A stretch of DNA of 56,596 nucleotides, counting the filler, from Dugesia japonica (lineage: Eukaryota): assembly GCA_001938525.1 (NCBI GenBank). It is 6 parts of 6 records of this genome, joined end to end, with 100 filler letters (N's around TTAATTAATTAA, not from the genome) between each part and the next. Parts side by side here need not be neighbours in the genome. Positions count along the whole stretch, not along the records: positions 1 to 10,147 come from MQRL01594762.1; positions 10,248 to 20,121 come from MQRL01472384.1; 4 more parts are not named here. One strand, written 5' to 3'. Made by a program: the position numbers and the translations under genes. Below, piece by piece: positions 1-13,200 of this stretch; within the stretch, counting starts at the first letter, position 1; each line of letters begins with the position of its first letter. The notes under the pieces were generated by a model, which did no database searches, was not told where the DNA came from, and saw only the letters and a list, made by a program, of their open reading frames with translations.

Positions 1-940
1 AATATTTTTGTAAAATCCAATCAATATTTAATGTTAATCTTTAATGTTATAGAATTTCAAGCATATTTTACTTTAAGCATAATTCAAATATAATTTCATT
101 GAATGAAACAATAATTTTTTAGTTGTTCATTAACTGTCGATTTTTTCTCGCATTTTATTCTTATTAATGTTTAAACTCTATATTGAACAATTTTTGTAGA
201 TATCGTTCTTGCTATTTCTTTGTTAAATTATTTTTAAAAATAACTGGATAAATTTCATTTTTTCCAGAATTCTTAAAATTGTTCTTTTATTTTTGATTGG
301 TAAAGAAAAAAAAATGTTATATGGAGTGAATTAAAATTTGTCAATATTAAATTTTCAATTTTTATTTTTTTGGCATTATCGAGGTGGCGGTATATCAAAA
401 TTATACTATATATGTAAAATACTTTAACATAAAATTAAAAATACTTTTAAAATGGCTTTTTTTTGAAAACTTTGACATGGCAAATACAATAATTATCTAA
501 AATAAAACAATTTAAATTTGATTTTCTTTCAAATAAAATTAGCTTTTTAATCCCATCAAATATTTTTTTAATTGTTTTTCATTAATAAAGTATATATTTT
601 TTCATTTCTTTTATTTTTCAACTTACTTTAATAATAATTTTTATTAATTGTTCATATATTATTTTATTGAGTGATATTTTCTATTTTTATAGATTATCAA
701 AAATTTTGAGTTCGGTTGCTTTGATTNNNNNNNNNNNNNNNNNNNNNNNNNNNNNNNNNNNNNNNNNNNNNNNNNNNNNNNNNNNNNNNNNNNNNNNTTG
801 ATATTTATTAGTTATTATTTATTATTAAAAGTAGAGATTATAGCTTGAATAACTTTTTTATAGGATAATTTCTTTTATTAAAATTGGCATTTCGAATATT
901 GGTCTAATAACAATTAATAATTATTTATTTATTTAAATAA

Positions 941-1118
941 CCCTTCGTCGGGTGCAATGTATTAGTCAGATTTACTTATTTTTACTTATTAAAATAGAAA
1001 ATAAATAAAACAACGAGGAAGTCACCGAAGCGATGGATCACAATATTTAAGTTCCAGTGCAGAATTTATAATATTTGTTTGTAGATAATCTATCAGATTA
1101 ATTGCGCCCGACGAAAAG
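941..1118. mobile_element. piggyBac-like MITE (178 bp)
   Basis: 18-bp TIRs CCCTTCGTCGGGTGCAAT / ATTGCGCCCGACGAAAAG (3 mismatches), flanked by ATAA and TTAA (TTAA target site); non-coding. Confidence 0.6.
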
Positions 1119-1481
1119 TTAAATAGAATAATATTATGTTTTGTATTCTTTTATAAAAAGATGTGTGTTAAGTAAACTGTAAATAATTAAAGTTAATTTA
1201 AATTTTAAAAAAGAGTAATAAATTTAGTTATTTTTTTAAAACTAAACGTTTATTCGTTGATTTACATAACTTATTTATTGATTTACTCACTATGTTTCCT
1301 GTGTTGCACGAAGCAATTAATGAATTTATCGAAAATTGAAAAACTTAAATCTTAATAATTTATCTCGTTCATTTGTTCTTTTAGAAGAGCTTTGGGATTA
1401 TTAGGTATTTTTAAAAGCGTCAATTTGTAATTGTTTTATAATGTAAAATTACAGATTATGAAATTAAAATTTTAAATATAC

Positions 1482-3201
1482 TAGGGTTTTTCAAAACTGT
1501 TAAACAGTAACAGCAAAACAGTTATTTTTGGCGAAAATCGAAAAACAGTAAACAGCGGTTTTTTTCACTGTTTTTAATGTTTTTGGAAGTCAAAAATTAA
1601 AAGATTTCTCAATACAAATAATTCATTATTTAAATGAATTTTTGTAATGATAAAATATAAATTTAAATTAATGGAAATTAAAATTTTAAAATTTTTTTTA
1701 AATCTGCTTATTTGAAAACACTTACATCTGAATGTAAAGGAAAATCGGAAAATTTTTACATTGTGTTAGCGATTTTGTTTATCTTATCGAGGAAAATATT
1801 AAATAAAAATACTGTTCAGATAATTACAAAAGTAAGTGAAAATGTAGATTGAATAACTTTGATAATAATAAATAATTATTGTTATCAGCTATGTCATTGG
1901 TATGGGAATATGCCACAAAGAGAAAAAATCCAGAAACAAAAAAGCTAGAAGCTCAATGTAAACGATTCAATAAAATTATCAAATGTTCAGGAAATTAAAT
2001 AACAAAATTGAAAACTCATCTTAAGAAGCATGGTATTGATATCAATAAGTCCTCATAAAATACAACATCCAAAGAGCCTACCAGCGAAAAGAAAGTAAAA
2101 ATTATGACGGATTTTCTCTACAAAAATAATTTTAAGGAAATTAGCACAGATTTAGCTACAGAGAGCAATGACAAGAAATAATTATATAAGACGATCGATT
2201 TCTCGTGATGAATATAGGCTTCCTGCTTCTGAAAGTGATGTAATGAAACTAGTGCACGTAGATTATGAAGAAAAGAGAAGTAAAATATTTGGAAACATAA
2301 AGGAAAATCTTGGAAATGGAGTAAAATTTAGCATGTGTTGACAAGTACACAACTGTAAGAGGAAGACAATTTTTTGCGTTAATATTCATAGTAGTGATGA
2401 TAGAACAACTATAAAAACTGGTCCTGTACGTCTCCTTGCTTTATGCTCTACTCTTGATATGGTTGAGGCAATGGAAAATCATTTAGCTGTCGATAATATC
2501 AGTCGTTAAGATGCAACATTAGTAAGCGCCGAAAAGATTTTGCAATTTATCTTTATTTAACTTTCTGACATAAACAATGACTTTTTAAAAATTCGTGTAG
2601 ATGAAAGAATGAATGAAGATAGCAGGAAGTTATTGCGAAGCCTTAAGGATCCACCTGTTACGCTATCAAAAGCCACATTTACGTTTGCAGGAAATCTTGC
2701 CTCTCGTCATTTTGGTGTTACTGATGTAGACGAAGCGGCTCAACAACCATTGGATATTGATCAAAATGAAATTTTATCATTACAAGATAAATTAAATATG
2801 TTGCTTCAAAAAGATAAATTATCAGAACATTTCTCAGGATTAGGATCAGAGTTAAAGAGACTCAAATCAGAATTTACATTATTCAAAAATACATGTCAGC
2901 GAACTGAAAACCTACAAAAACTATATAAAGCAATTCTTTATATTAAACCAANNNNNNNNNNNNNNNNNNNNNNNNNNNNNNNNNNNNNNNNNNNNNNNNN
3001 NNNNNNNNNNNNNNNNNNNNNNNNNNNNNNNNNNTATTATTATAAGAAGTAAAAATGTAATAGTTAATTGGTGTTTGTTTTATATATGATAAAATAAAAT
3101 GTTAGTGAACAATAAAATGTTATCTTTTACTTTAAGAAATTTGAGAAAAAATAAAATACAGTAAAAAACAGTTGTTAATAACTGTTTTTTGAAAACCACT
3201 G
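1482..3201 (+). mobile_element. degenerate hAT DNA transposon
   Basis: Imperfect termini TAGGGTTTTTCAAAA / TTTTGAAAACCACTG with AAACAG-type subterminal repeats around a transposase relic; TSD not preserved. Confidence 0.7.
1891..2951 (+). pseudogene. hAT transposase pseudogene with BED zinc finger
   Basis: MSLVWEY..AQCK..LKTHLKKHGI (BED-like), KFSM-VDKYTT (first catalytic Asp region), LQKLYKAILYIKP (start of dimerisation motif, rest in gap); stops and frameshifts. Confidence 0.75.
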
Positions 3202-6200
3202 TTTGTTTAAAGATAACCTTACGCATTCTCCAGTTCAATAATGAGTTTACCACTTCGTACCTGGGTTCTTGGTTATTTGTGTCGATCCGTGTAAGTCCTT
3301 CAATTTATCTTAGAAGTATCTGCCTCTAAAGAGTTTTCATAATTAAATGGTCAAAGAAAAACTCAAAAATTCAGCTTAACAGATTCTTAATTCATGTTAG
3401 CTGATATCCTGGCGACATACGATATACGATGCCGAGTAATAAGGTCTTCAGACTGAAATGGCTTTGTTTATTGTGGCATGTTAATACATGCAGTTCCCTT
3501 GTATTTCCCTTATCTTTTAAATCAGGATTCAATTAATTCGCTAAAATCAACATGTTCTAATTAATTTATATAGTACGAATAATTTTAAAACTTATTATAT
3601 TTTCTAAAACTAATATTCTGGAATACAATTGCTGTCATATTTTTTTAATTCCAAATCCAGCAAGTAATAAATATTTGATTTTATAAGAAATAATTGTATT
3701 GCATTAATGTACAAATTTTTTCCGATGCTCTGATTGTAAACAAATAGTTAAAATTTTCTACAAATTTAACTTTTAAATTTTTAAACTTCCTTAATAATTG
3801 ACATTTTATCAGATAAAATTATTTGGCAACATTTTCTCAGGGTGTTGTTTTCTCATTTAAATATTACATTACATTTCCTTAAAAATATTAAAAAGCGAAA
3901 AAATTAATTAAATAATATTGAACAGAAATTGTTACAATTAAATTCTTTTCTATAAATTTTATTTCCGCTAACCAAAAATAAATAAAATTCCATTTAGTCA
4001 CAAGAACGGGTACACTTGTTAATTTAACAAATTTTTTTATTTAAAAGCTATTTACATTTTAATAAATCGATTTCTGATACACTTTAATGATTATATAGTA
4101 TTTCTCTGTATTATGTCTTTCTGTTTCTATATTAAACCAATGATTTAATTGAAATTTGTATCACTCGTCGTAACATTTTCCAACTGACACTGAGTAGACA
4201 CACTTTCAAATGCCAAGATATTTTTTTTATTTCTCTCTTGCTATTGTAAACAAAACAAATTTGCAAAATTGATTTCCGCGATAGATTTTTTTTCTTTTGT
4301 ATAAATAATATAATGAATGAGTTTTGTTAGTACTATATAAATGGTATGCGGAATTATTGTGTGAATTTTGTTGAGATTGAATACGAATTCAATTTCATTG
4401 GTTTCTTCTGTTTATTTTCAAGGTTATTCAATGTTTCATTAGAACATTGAAATGAAAAGAGAACAATTTAAATTATTCAAAAATCAATTGTTATTCTAAT
4501 TTATTAATTTATTTGAAGGGTTATAATTTGGTTAATTTCAATTTTTTTTTAAAAATATCAATTTTATTATATTAAAAAATTAATAAAGTGAGCGTGGGTT
4601 ATTATGATACTTAAATGATGTTCTGCAAATTTCTAATAAAAGACAATCTTATACCCTTGTTATTTCAGTAATATTTCTCTATACTTTATATACTTAGTTG
4701 TCATTAATGTTAATTGATGACTGCTGTTAAACAGCAGGTATATCAAAAACATTAAAAGCAAGTAGTTAAATTAAAACAGTACTGTGGTAAAAAATTGTTG
4801 GTTGTAAATAAGTTTTTTAAATTTTAAAAAGGGGATAATAAGTTAGACGGAAATTGAAAATTAACTAGAAATAGAAATATTATAAATGGTTACTATACTT
4901 GCAGATTAATAAGAAAATATCAAATTTGCCATTCAATTTTTAATTAATTAATATTCTATATAGTATTAATTGGCATTTTAGCTATTTATTTATTTTATAA
5001 AAAAAAATAAAAATACTATGATATAAATTTTTTTGGGGATTATATTTTAAAATAAATTAAATGTTAATATTTGCATAAAATATGTAATATAAAACAATCG
5101 GTTTAGCAGTTTTATTTTGGTTCATTATTATTAGCAAGAAAAGTGCTATCCTCATCAAACACTTATTTATGACAAAGTTTCTTTAAATTGAAAAACTGAA
5201 TTAGAATAGTTTTAATATTCAAGCAAATATACGCAATAATTATTTTAATTATTTTCTTGAAATATTTTAAATTTCAAAAACTTTAAATATTTTAATTGCG
5301 CATATAAATTTGAAGTCAAACAATTCAAATATCATTCTCACAGGTCTTTATATATAATGATAATGTATCAATGTTTATGTAGTTGTGTAGATTCAATTAC
5401 CAATAATCTTCATTGGAAAATGGGTTTTAAAAGCGAATTTAAATTTTTTTTATAATGAGACGGAATTTATTAAAGTTATTTTTTTGAATATTTTTAATTA
5501 AATCATTTAAGAAATTTGTGCAATAAACATAACATTTTATGTAATTAAATGTTTCAAGAAACGGAATTTTTAAATTTATAAATTGTTTAAAGAAAATGAA
5601 TTTTTATTAAATTTAAAAATTTCTAATTTACAGTGTATATTTAAAATTTATAATTCGTAGTCAAAAATAATATTTTTTTGAAATTATTAAATTTCTGATA
5701 TAAAATTAATTGCTAATTTTCTCCAAAACATTGTTATTATATTTTCAAATTTTATTAATAAAATATTTTAATAAACTAATTTTATTTCAGTCTCATTTAT
5801 AAATTTTTTAAGTTTGTTTGAAAAGACAAATTTATATGTTGTTTTTTGTGTTGTCTTGCAATTGAATAAATTGTGGAATGAAAAAGGTTGATTTTTTAAA
5901 TGCATCGATGAATATTCCAAACTCATTTAACATTCATATAACTTCTTAAATGTTTGGTGCTATTATACTGGTTATGTCGAAACGTAAATTTTTGCATAAT
6001 GTATAGTAGAATAGCCATTAGTATAAAAAAATCATATCTTTATTTGTTGAAACTTAAAAATTCAACAACAAAACTAATTGAAAATTCTTATTTTTAAAAT
6101 TCGTTAATTTTTACAAATTTTGAAGCAGTTATGAATCATAATTTATGATGCCTGTCATTAACTCTATACAAGCTTTAGAGTAGCTTTGAAAGGATAATTT

Positions 6201-9200
6201 TACAGAAATTTCTTAAACTTGAAAAAGTAACTTTAAATTAAAGATCTTTTATGATAAAGAAACCATAATATTCCATTTAGAGTTTGTAAGTATTTGATAA
6301 ACTCAACTATCCAGATAGTTAAATAACATCAATCTGAACTATCCGGATATTTCGAAGAAAATTTATTCTTTGTTTAAAATAATTAATTTTAACTGTTTCT
6401 GGATAACAATAATAAAGATTAATGTATTGATATTAATTCAATTAATAATTTATAATAATAAACATATAAAATAACAAATTCAAATGGTAATTTAATCAAT
6501 TAAAATGAAAATGAACATATATAAAAGTAACGTCTTTTTTCTATGATACAAAATTATCAATATTTAGTTTGTTTTAACTTGTTGAAATGAGATGTGATAC
6601 ATTTAGATATATATAAATAATTTTTCTATTTTTATTTTAAAAGATTTATTTTTAAAAAAAGGGTGACATCAAATGTTTCAAATTTGAGTCTTCTTAATTT
6701 TGTTTTAAAATTTCCTGAGGTTGGAAAAAACCCTTGAAGTTGATGTTGGTTTATTTGTCAAATAAATTTTTTACACTCGTTGATCTCTGCTTAGTATTAC
6801 TTAGTAGTAAGTCTATTTTGAGTCTGTATTGAATATCATTTTCCATTAACGTTTTATTTACATTAGTAATTTATGAAATTGCATCTTGTTGTTTGTATAA
6901 CGAGCATGTACGTCGATGAAATCTTTCCATTATTTTAAATTAATTGCGGACTTTGGGTTGAATATTCAAAGTAATTTTCGGATCGTCGAATAATGTCTGT
7001 TTCTAAAATTATCATCAAGGTAAGAGTCTTATTACTGCGTTCATTCATACATTTTTTAAACTGTAACATGAGTATTATACTCATCGAGTATTTAGGCCCA
7101 ACTCCTACCAGTGATATTCCATGATTACCATATTATTCATAATATATGACAAGGTTTTCACATACATATGTGGAAAAGCAAGATTTGTTTTATATTTAGA
7201 ACCTTTTGATATAAACCAATAAAATAAAGAAAAAGTAATTAGTTTTCAATGTAAAGATTTTGTAATTTTTTTTTTTCTACTAGTTTTTTGTTTAAATCGT
7301 ATAGTAATGAAGTTAACAATTTTTACCAGTTTATATTTAACAGTGATGATTAATATAGGACATGTATGCCTGTGTACCATTCCAGTGTTCGTCCACATTA
7401 CATAACAATTATTCACCCTCTTTACTAGACTAACTTAAGTCACCTGTGTTTGCTAAATTTCATTTTTAAAATCTGTAATTCTAATTAGAAATTGTATTTT
7501 AAAATATAAAATATTCTTTCGTTTCCAGCATTTAAGTTTTATAATAATTCTTGATTTATAATTAATTTTATTTGTATAATCGAATACTAGATTTGGATTA
7601 TATTATTTGAAAACATTCTTAAATTAATAAAAAATAAAATATTTTGAATAGTGAGTTTGTTTTGCAAATTTTAAATTAAAATGTTATTGATGAAAATATT
7701 GTGCAATACATAAATATTTAATNNNNNNNNNNNNNNNNNNNNNNNNNNNNNNNNNNNNNNNNNNNNNNNNNNNNNNNNNNNNNNNNNNNTTATGCATCAT
7801 AGATTTTTCTTAGACAGCACGTGTGTAGCTACAGTAAGTGTCATTAGAGTGAATAAATTTATATTTTTAATTGATTAATTTGGTGTGATCATTATTCTTT
7901 TATGCAATGAAACTTTTCAATAAATTCAAATAATAAATACTTTTTAAGAATTCTATTGGTTCTTATTTTCTCCGTAAACAGCATTGCAATCTTCAGTTTA
8001 TTAACTTGTAAATGATTCTTAGTTCTTCAACGTGACTATTACAATTTGAGTTTAAAACTAATTAGAAGTTACTCTTTTGATTACATAAAAATTTATTTCT
8101 ATCATGAAAATTAGATTTGTGTTGCAAAACTCATTTTGCCAATTATTTGTATGTCAAAAGATGACATCTCTAAAATAAATTCCTTTCCTCATTATTGTGA
8201 ATATTCATTATTTAAATTAAATTTCCCGTTTATTAAGTAATATCAATAATTGATTTTATGTTTAAGATGAAGGTAAATATTAATGTAATATATGGGGTTA
8301 AATGTGCATGTTTGTTAAATTGATTGTGTCATCTTTTAGGAAATCGCTGGAGAATTTTAATATAATAATGAAATTGTAATTTAAATTTCATTTGCATTAT
8401 TTTTTACTTATTCAACAATACTTTAAATCCTTTTCACAAAGAATTTATCACCGAAGGATTTAAATTCCCAATCTCGCGGCTTCCGTGTCCATATCATTTT
8501 CAAAAGGTTATACATACTTACTTTCTCATTGACTAATATCTCTTATCAACTGATGTCAAAATTTTATTTCTAGATGACATTTTCTCGAAATTTATACTAA
8601 ATAGTAGATATTTGGCATATAAACATTGATAAGTTCTGTTTTTTTTGATAATCTACCCAGGAGCCACTTGTATTTTACGTACCCTTCGAGGTGTTTCTTG
8701 TGTGAATTCGATGGATTTTGCTTTTTTAAGAGAATGGATATATTGATTTCTTTTTTCATTTGTTCACTTCTTTTACTACAAAATAAAGGAAATGTAATGG
8801 AAGAACTTATCTCCGCCTGAATTCTTCTGACAAATGGTTTGCTAACTTCATTTTATTTTATCGACTCTCCAAGTTAGTCCCATCTGAGAAAGTCTCACTT
8901 TATATAACACAACTTGCAATTATTATTTACTCTAACTCTTTTGGCTTCTTGCACCGACTCATATGACACCTTGATCCGAACGCGAATATTTTTCTTCATC
9001 GAACTATGAACCTAAAGCCAGTTTTTCACTTTGAACTCTGCCGCATTTATGAAAGTCTCTGGGAAATGGTATGATATATGCAATTTCAAATCGGAATTTT
9101 GGTTTTCTGACATCTAAATATATACCGGTAGTATTTAGAGAAATCTAGTAAATATCTAAACCACTTGGCTTCAAAGTTATAATTAAATCTGAAGTGTATG

Positions 9201-10147
9201 TTTAGTTTAAGCATTGTGTAATCAATTTATTTGGCTGATATTTTGATAAACTGAAATTTTAAAATTTATGAATTAATCTAACTACTCAGTCAAAGCCAAT
9301 TGAAAGTTTTTTTGAAATTTTATAATTAAAATTTACGAGCTAAACTAATTTTAAAAGTATTAAATTTTATTATACTTAAATCAAATAAAATAAAGTAGCT
9401 GAAATACGTGCAACAAAAATGTACTAAATGCGACTATATGTTAGCTCCATTTGAATCTCGGTTTGAATTCGCCTCCGAGTAAAATCATTGAAAATTGAGA
9501 CATAGATACAATCATCTCTTTTCATACACGGCTTATTTACAATTTCTGTATTTTTATTTTTATTTAGATTACTGTATATGAAACTGATTTTATTCATTCT
9601 TTATTGGAATTTCATTCACTTGTTTATATCAGTAAGAACAATTATCAAAAAAAATGATTGAGGACTTAATGAATAATTTATTGCTGAAGATTACCCATGA
9701 AAACTTAACACTGCTTGTTTACAACAGTAACAGAACAGAAAAAAAATTCATAAAGACTGAATTCTAATTAGTAATAAAGGTTTCCGCTCTCTTAATGAAT
9801 TTACAACTGTACTTGTGAATAAGAAAGAAATATAACTGCTGACAATCAAGAACGAATTATTTTAATTTATTTTCTAAATAATATACTGTTTTTTTTAAAA
9901 AAAAAATATTTCGTATTTTCTAAATAACAAGTGTAAATTTTCTTTTGAGAATAATTATAACATTTTCTCTTGGTGATTTATGTAATGAACAATAATAATT
10001 CAATATTTTCCTGACATTAAAAAATAGTCTATTTCGATTTTTCATAAATTTGGAATCTTAAATTCTGGAATCATTTTAAATCAATAAATTAAATTATTTT
10101 TAGATATGTATTTAATCTCTGACTTGTTTATTTCGTTTTATGATTTG

Positions 10148-10247
10148 NNNNNNNNNNNNNNNNNNNNNNNNNNNNNNNNNNNNNNNNNNNNTTAATTAAT
10201 TAANNNNNNNNNNNNNNNNNNNNNNNNNNNNNNNNNNNNNNNNNNNN
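10148..10247. other. artificial contig-join linker
   Basis: N44-TTAATTAATTAA-N44, exactly 100 nt, stops in all six frames. Confidence 0.95.
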
Positions 10248-10293
10248 TTTGAATTTTTTGACACCATTGAAACACCATTATTTTATAATAATC

Positions 10294-13200
10294 ATGACAT
10301 CTACGTCGTTTAATAATCCTTACCACATTTCTACTTTAATTGAAAAAGTAATTTCTGCCTCTTTATGTGAAATTATTTAATTTAAATAGATGAATAATTT
10401 GGATAAGGATTTTCGATTTATGGCTATAAATGATCTGATTTCTGATTTACAGAACGATTCATTAAGACTTGATAGTGATAGTGAACGAAAGGTTTTAATT
10501 TAAAATTTATCTTACAAATATGTAATTAAAATTATAGTTAACTAAAGAAGTTCTTAGACTTTTGGAAGATCAAAATTTGGAAGTTCAAAATCAAACTGTT
10601 AAATGGTATATTTAATAATTGTAAATATATTTTTATTTTTAATTAGTTTGTCTTTCTTGGTTCGCAAAATTAAAGAACCTAATGTAGTAAATGTAATTCG
10701 AGATTTAACCTTAAAAATGATTCAAATAAATAATGATAATATGTGTGGAATTTGTGCAATCGGTATAAATTTATTACATAGATAAGTAGTTTCATATTTT
10801 TAAGGTTTGAAAACCATTATTACGGATACCCCACTTACTGAAAACAGTGTTATTTCAATTTTAATTAAGGAAATACCAAAACCTCTAATTGAATTAATGG
10901 ATCAATCAGAAGGTGGAGGCTTACGTCAAATGGAAGCTTTTGATATTATGAGCGAAGTTATTATTAGGTTATATTTTAAATATTTCTAGATTATTAAAAA
11001 TTATTTTATAAATAATTTTTAAAAAATTCGATTAAATTATTAACATTTAACTGATATTTCAAGATTTATCCAATATTTTGCTAAAAGTATATATTCAAGT
11101 ATAAACAAAATCATGTTTAGATTTACAAAATTTTTACCGAAACTAGCTGCATCTTTGTGATGTGCTTTTAAATATGAAATCTGTATAGTTCAAAATAATA
11201 ATGGTATTTTTTGTTTTAAATGAAATTTTATATTAGTCCCAATGTTATATTTTATTATGATTATATAATGTGAGTCTAATTTGTATAGCAGAAAAAGGTT
11301 GTAATGTAAAGGCTTTTACAAAATAAGAACAATTTTACTAAAATTCTAATTGCTTGAAAATTGGACACTTGTTCAGTATCGAGGGCCAGATTAAAAAAGG
11401 AGTTAGGGATCGGACAACCGCACTGGTCACTAAAACTTGTTGGTAAAATAAAATATCTTAATTACATCAAATGAAAAATTTAATGGTATTAGCAAATCAG
11501 TTAAGTTATGGCTGAAATGGCATAAATCCACAAAACATCAAATTTTTTATTTATTTCAGAAATAAGTAACTTAACGTGAGTACCAGGCAGGAATACGTTA
11601 TTGAAATTTATAATATTTTTAAAAATGATAGATTGACGGAGAGGAGTGCCTGAAAACCTTAGCCCGGCACTGTCAATATCCTGTAGGTTTTTTGTGTAAT
11701 AGTTATTTAAAATATGTTGATAATGTATAAACCAGGGTTTAATAATCGGCGAATTGTCTCCTGGATTTATAAAATTTAAATTGAATATTTCAACAAATTT
11801 GTATTTTTTATTATTAATTAATATAAACATATATTCTTAGGTGATGTAATAATGTCAAATGTAAAATAATATTCATTACAATTATTTCGATTTATTTTTA
11901 TTTTGAGTATATATCTGAGGAGGGCAAATGGTACTTTCCAGTTATCTCGACCTCATCAAAAATTTTATTTTTTTAAAATCTTTTTTTTCCAAATAATAAA
12001 AATACAATAAACAATAGAAACAAACAATAAAACAATCATTCTCCAATAGCAGGTGGCCAACGATTCTTCACCTCACCCAGAATAAAATTGAACGGATTCT
12101 CATCGCCAATACTGCTTCTCCACATGAACTCGGCCAAGTAAGACTTCAGGAAGTGATGATCGGTGCCTCTGCGCTTCTTATTCCTCCACTTTGCTGATCC
12201 CCAGATCCTTTCGACGGTCTGAGTGTGTGCGCCTGTCTCTGCATCTACAAAATTGTAACGATGGTTGACCTTAAAGTTTTCAAATCCAGCCCGCTCCAGT
12301 TCTTGTGTCTTGAAGGCCTTCCAGCTGCCTGAGTAGATGATGGTTCCCTCGGCAATGTTCTCCTTGATTCCAGTAAGCAGAGTAGGCACACTTCGATGAG
12401 AAAGCTTTCCTTGGTTTCGCGGCATATCCCTTCGAAGATCCATTGTTGAGGTAGCACCCGACCGGCATTGTTCTTGCGCTTGTTGAAAAGTGATTCATCA
12501 ATTTACACGATCATCCCCTCGCCGCCAATTTGTCCTTGATCCTTTGCCAGTAGAGTCTCCACGCATGCTTGCCTCAGATAGTTACTCCAGTCTGTTGTTG
12601 TTTTTTGGTGATCCTGAGCTCCCTCTTGCACATCTTCCAGGATGTCATTTCCCATGCCCAGATGTAGATGAAACGCGCGACAGTAACGAATGGAAGACGA
12701 GATTGAGCGAACCAGTTGCCGTTGCGAATATTTATCTTCTTATAGTAGACCTGAGTGTGCAATTCCAGAAGATTTCTTTGCCAATGTACAGCTTCATGAG
12801 ATGGTCGTTCTTGCATATTCGTTCTTTTGATAGTAGACCACGATCTTTAAAGAATTTCACAGCTTCCTCCTCAGTCGTTGGCAGACTCCAGAGATTCATC
12901 TTTCTTAAAATTAAAGAAGGAGAGTATTTTATTTAATATTTAATGTAATATATTTTATTTTATTTAAGATTGATTTTGTTTAATTTTGAAAATTAATTTA
13001 TCAATATCTTAAGATTAAAAAAATTATAAAATTTTTGATGAGGTCGAGATAACCGTAAAGTACCGGACAAATAAATTAAATTTCATATGAGGTATTGGTA
13101 TGACAGGTTAAGCATCTCTGATATAAACTAAACTATTTTTAAAATGTATTATAACTAATAAAAGGATTAAGTAAACTAAATGGGGACCAATTTTTTTAAA

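Noticed and set aside
8440-9130. Possible pogo-like transposase tail (RRVRKIQVAPG on the minus strand)
   Set aside because: Single short motif with no catalytic residues or TIRs found
11501-11830. 109-aa minus-strand ORF in CAND1 intron
   Set aside because: No recognisable motif; low-complexity AT-driven composition
12490-12936. 148-aa plus-strand ORF
   Set aside because: Antisense shadow of the GC-richer Merlin transposase
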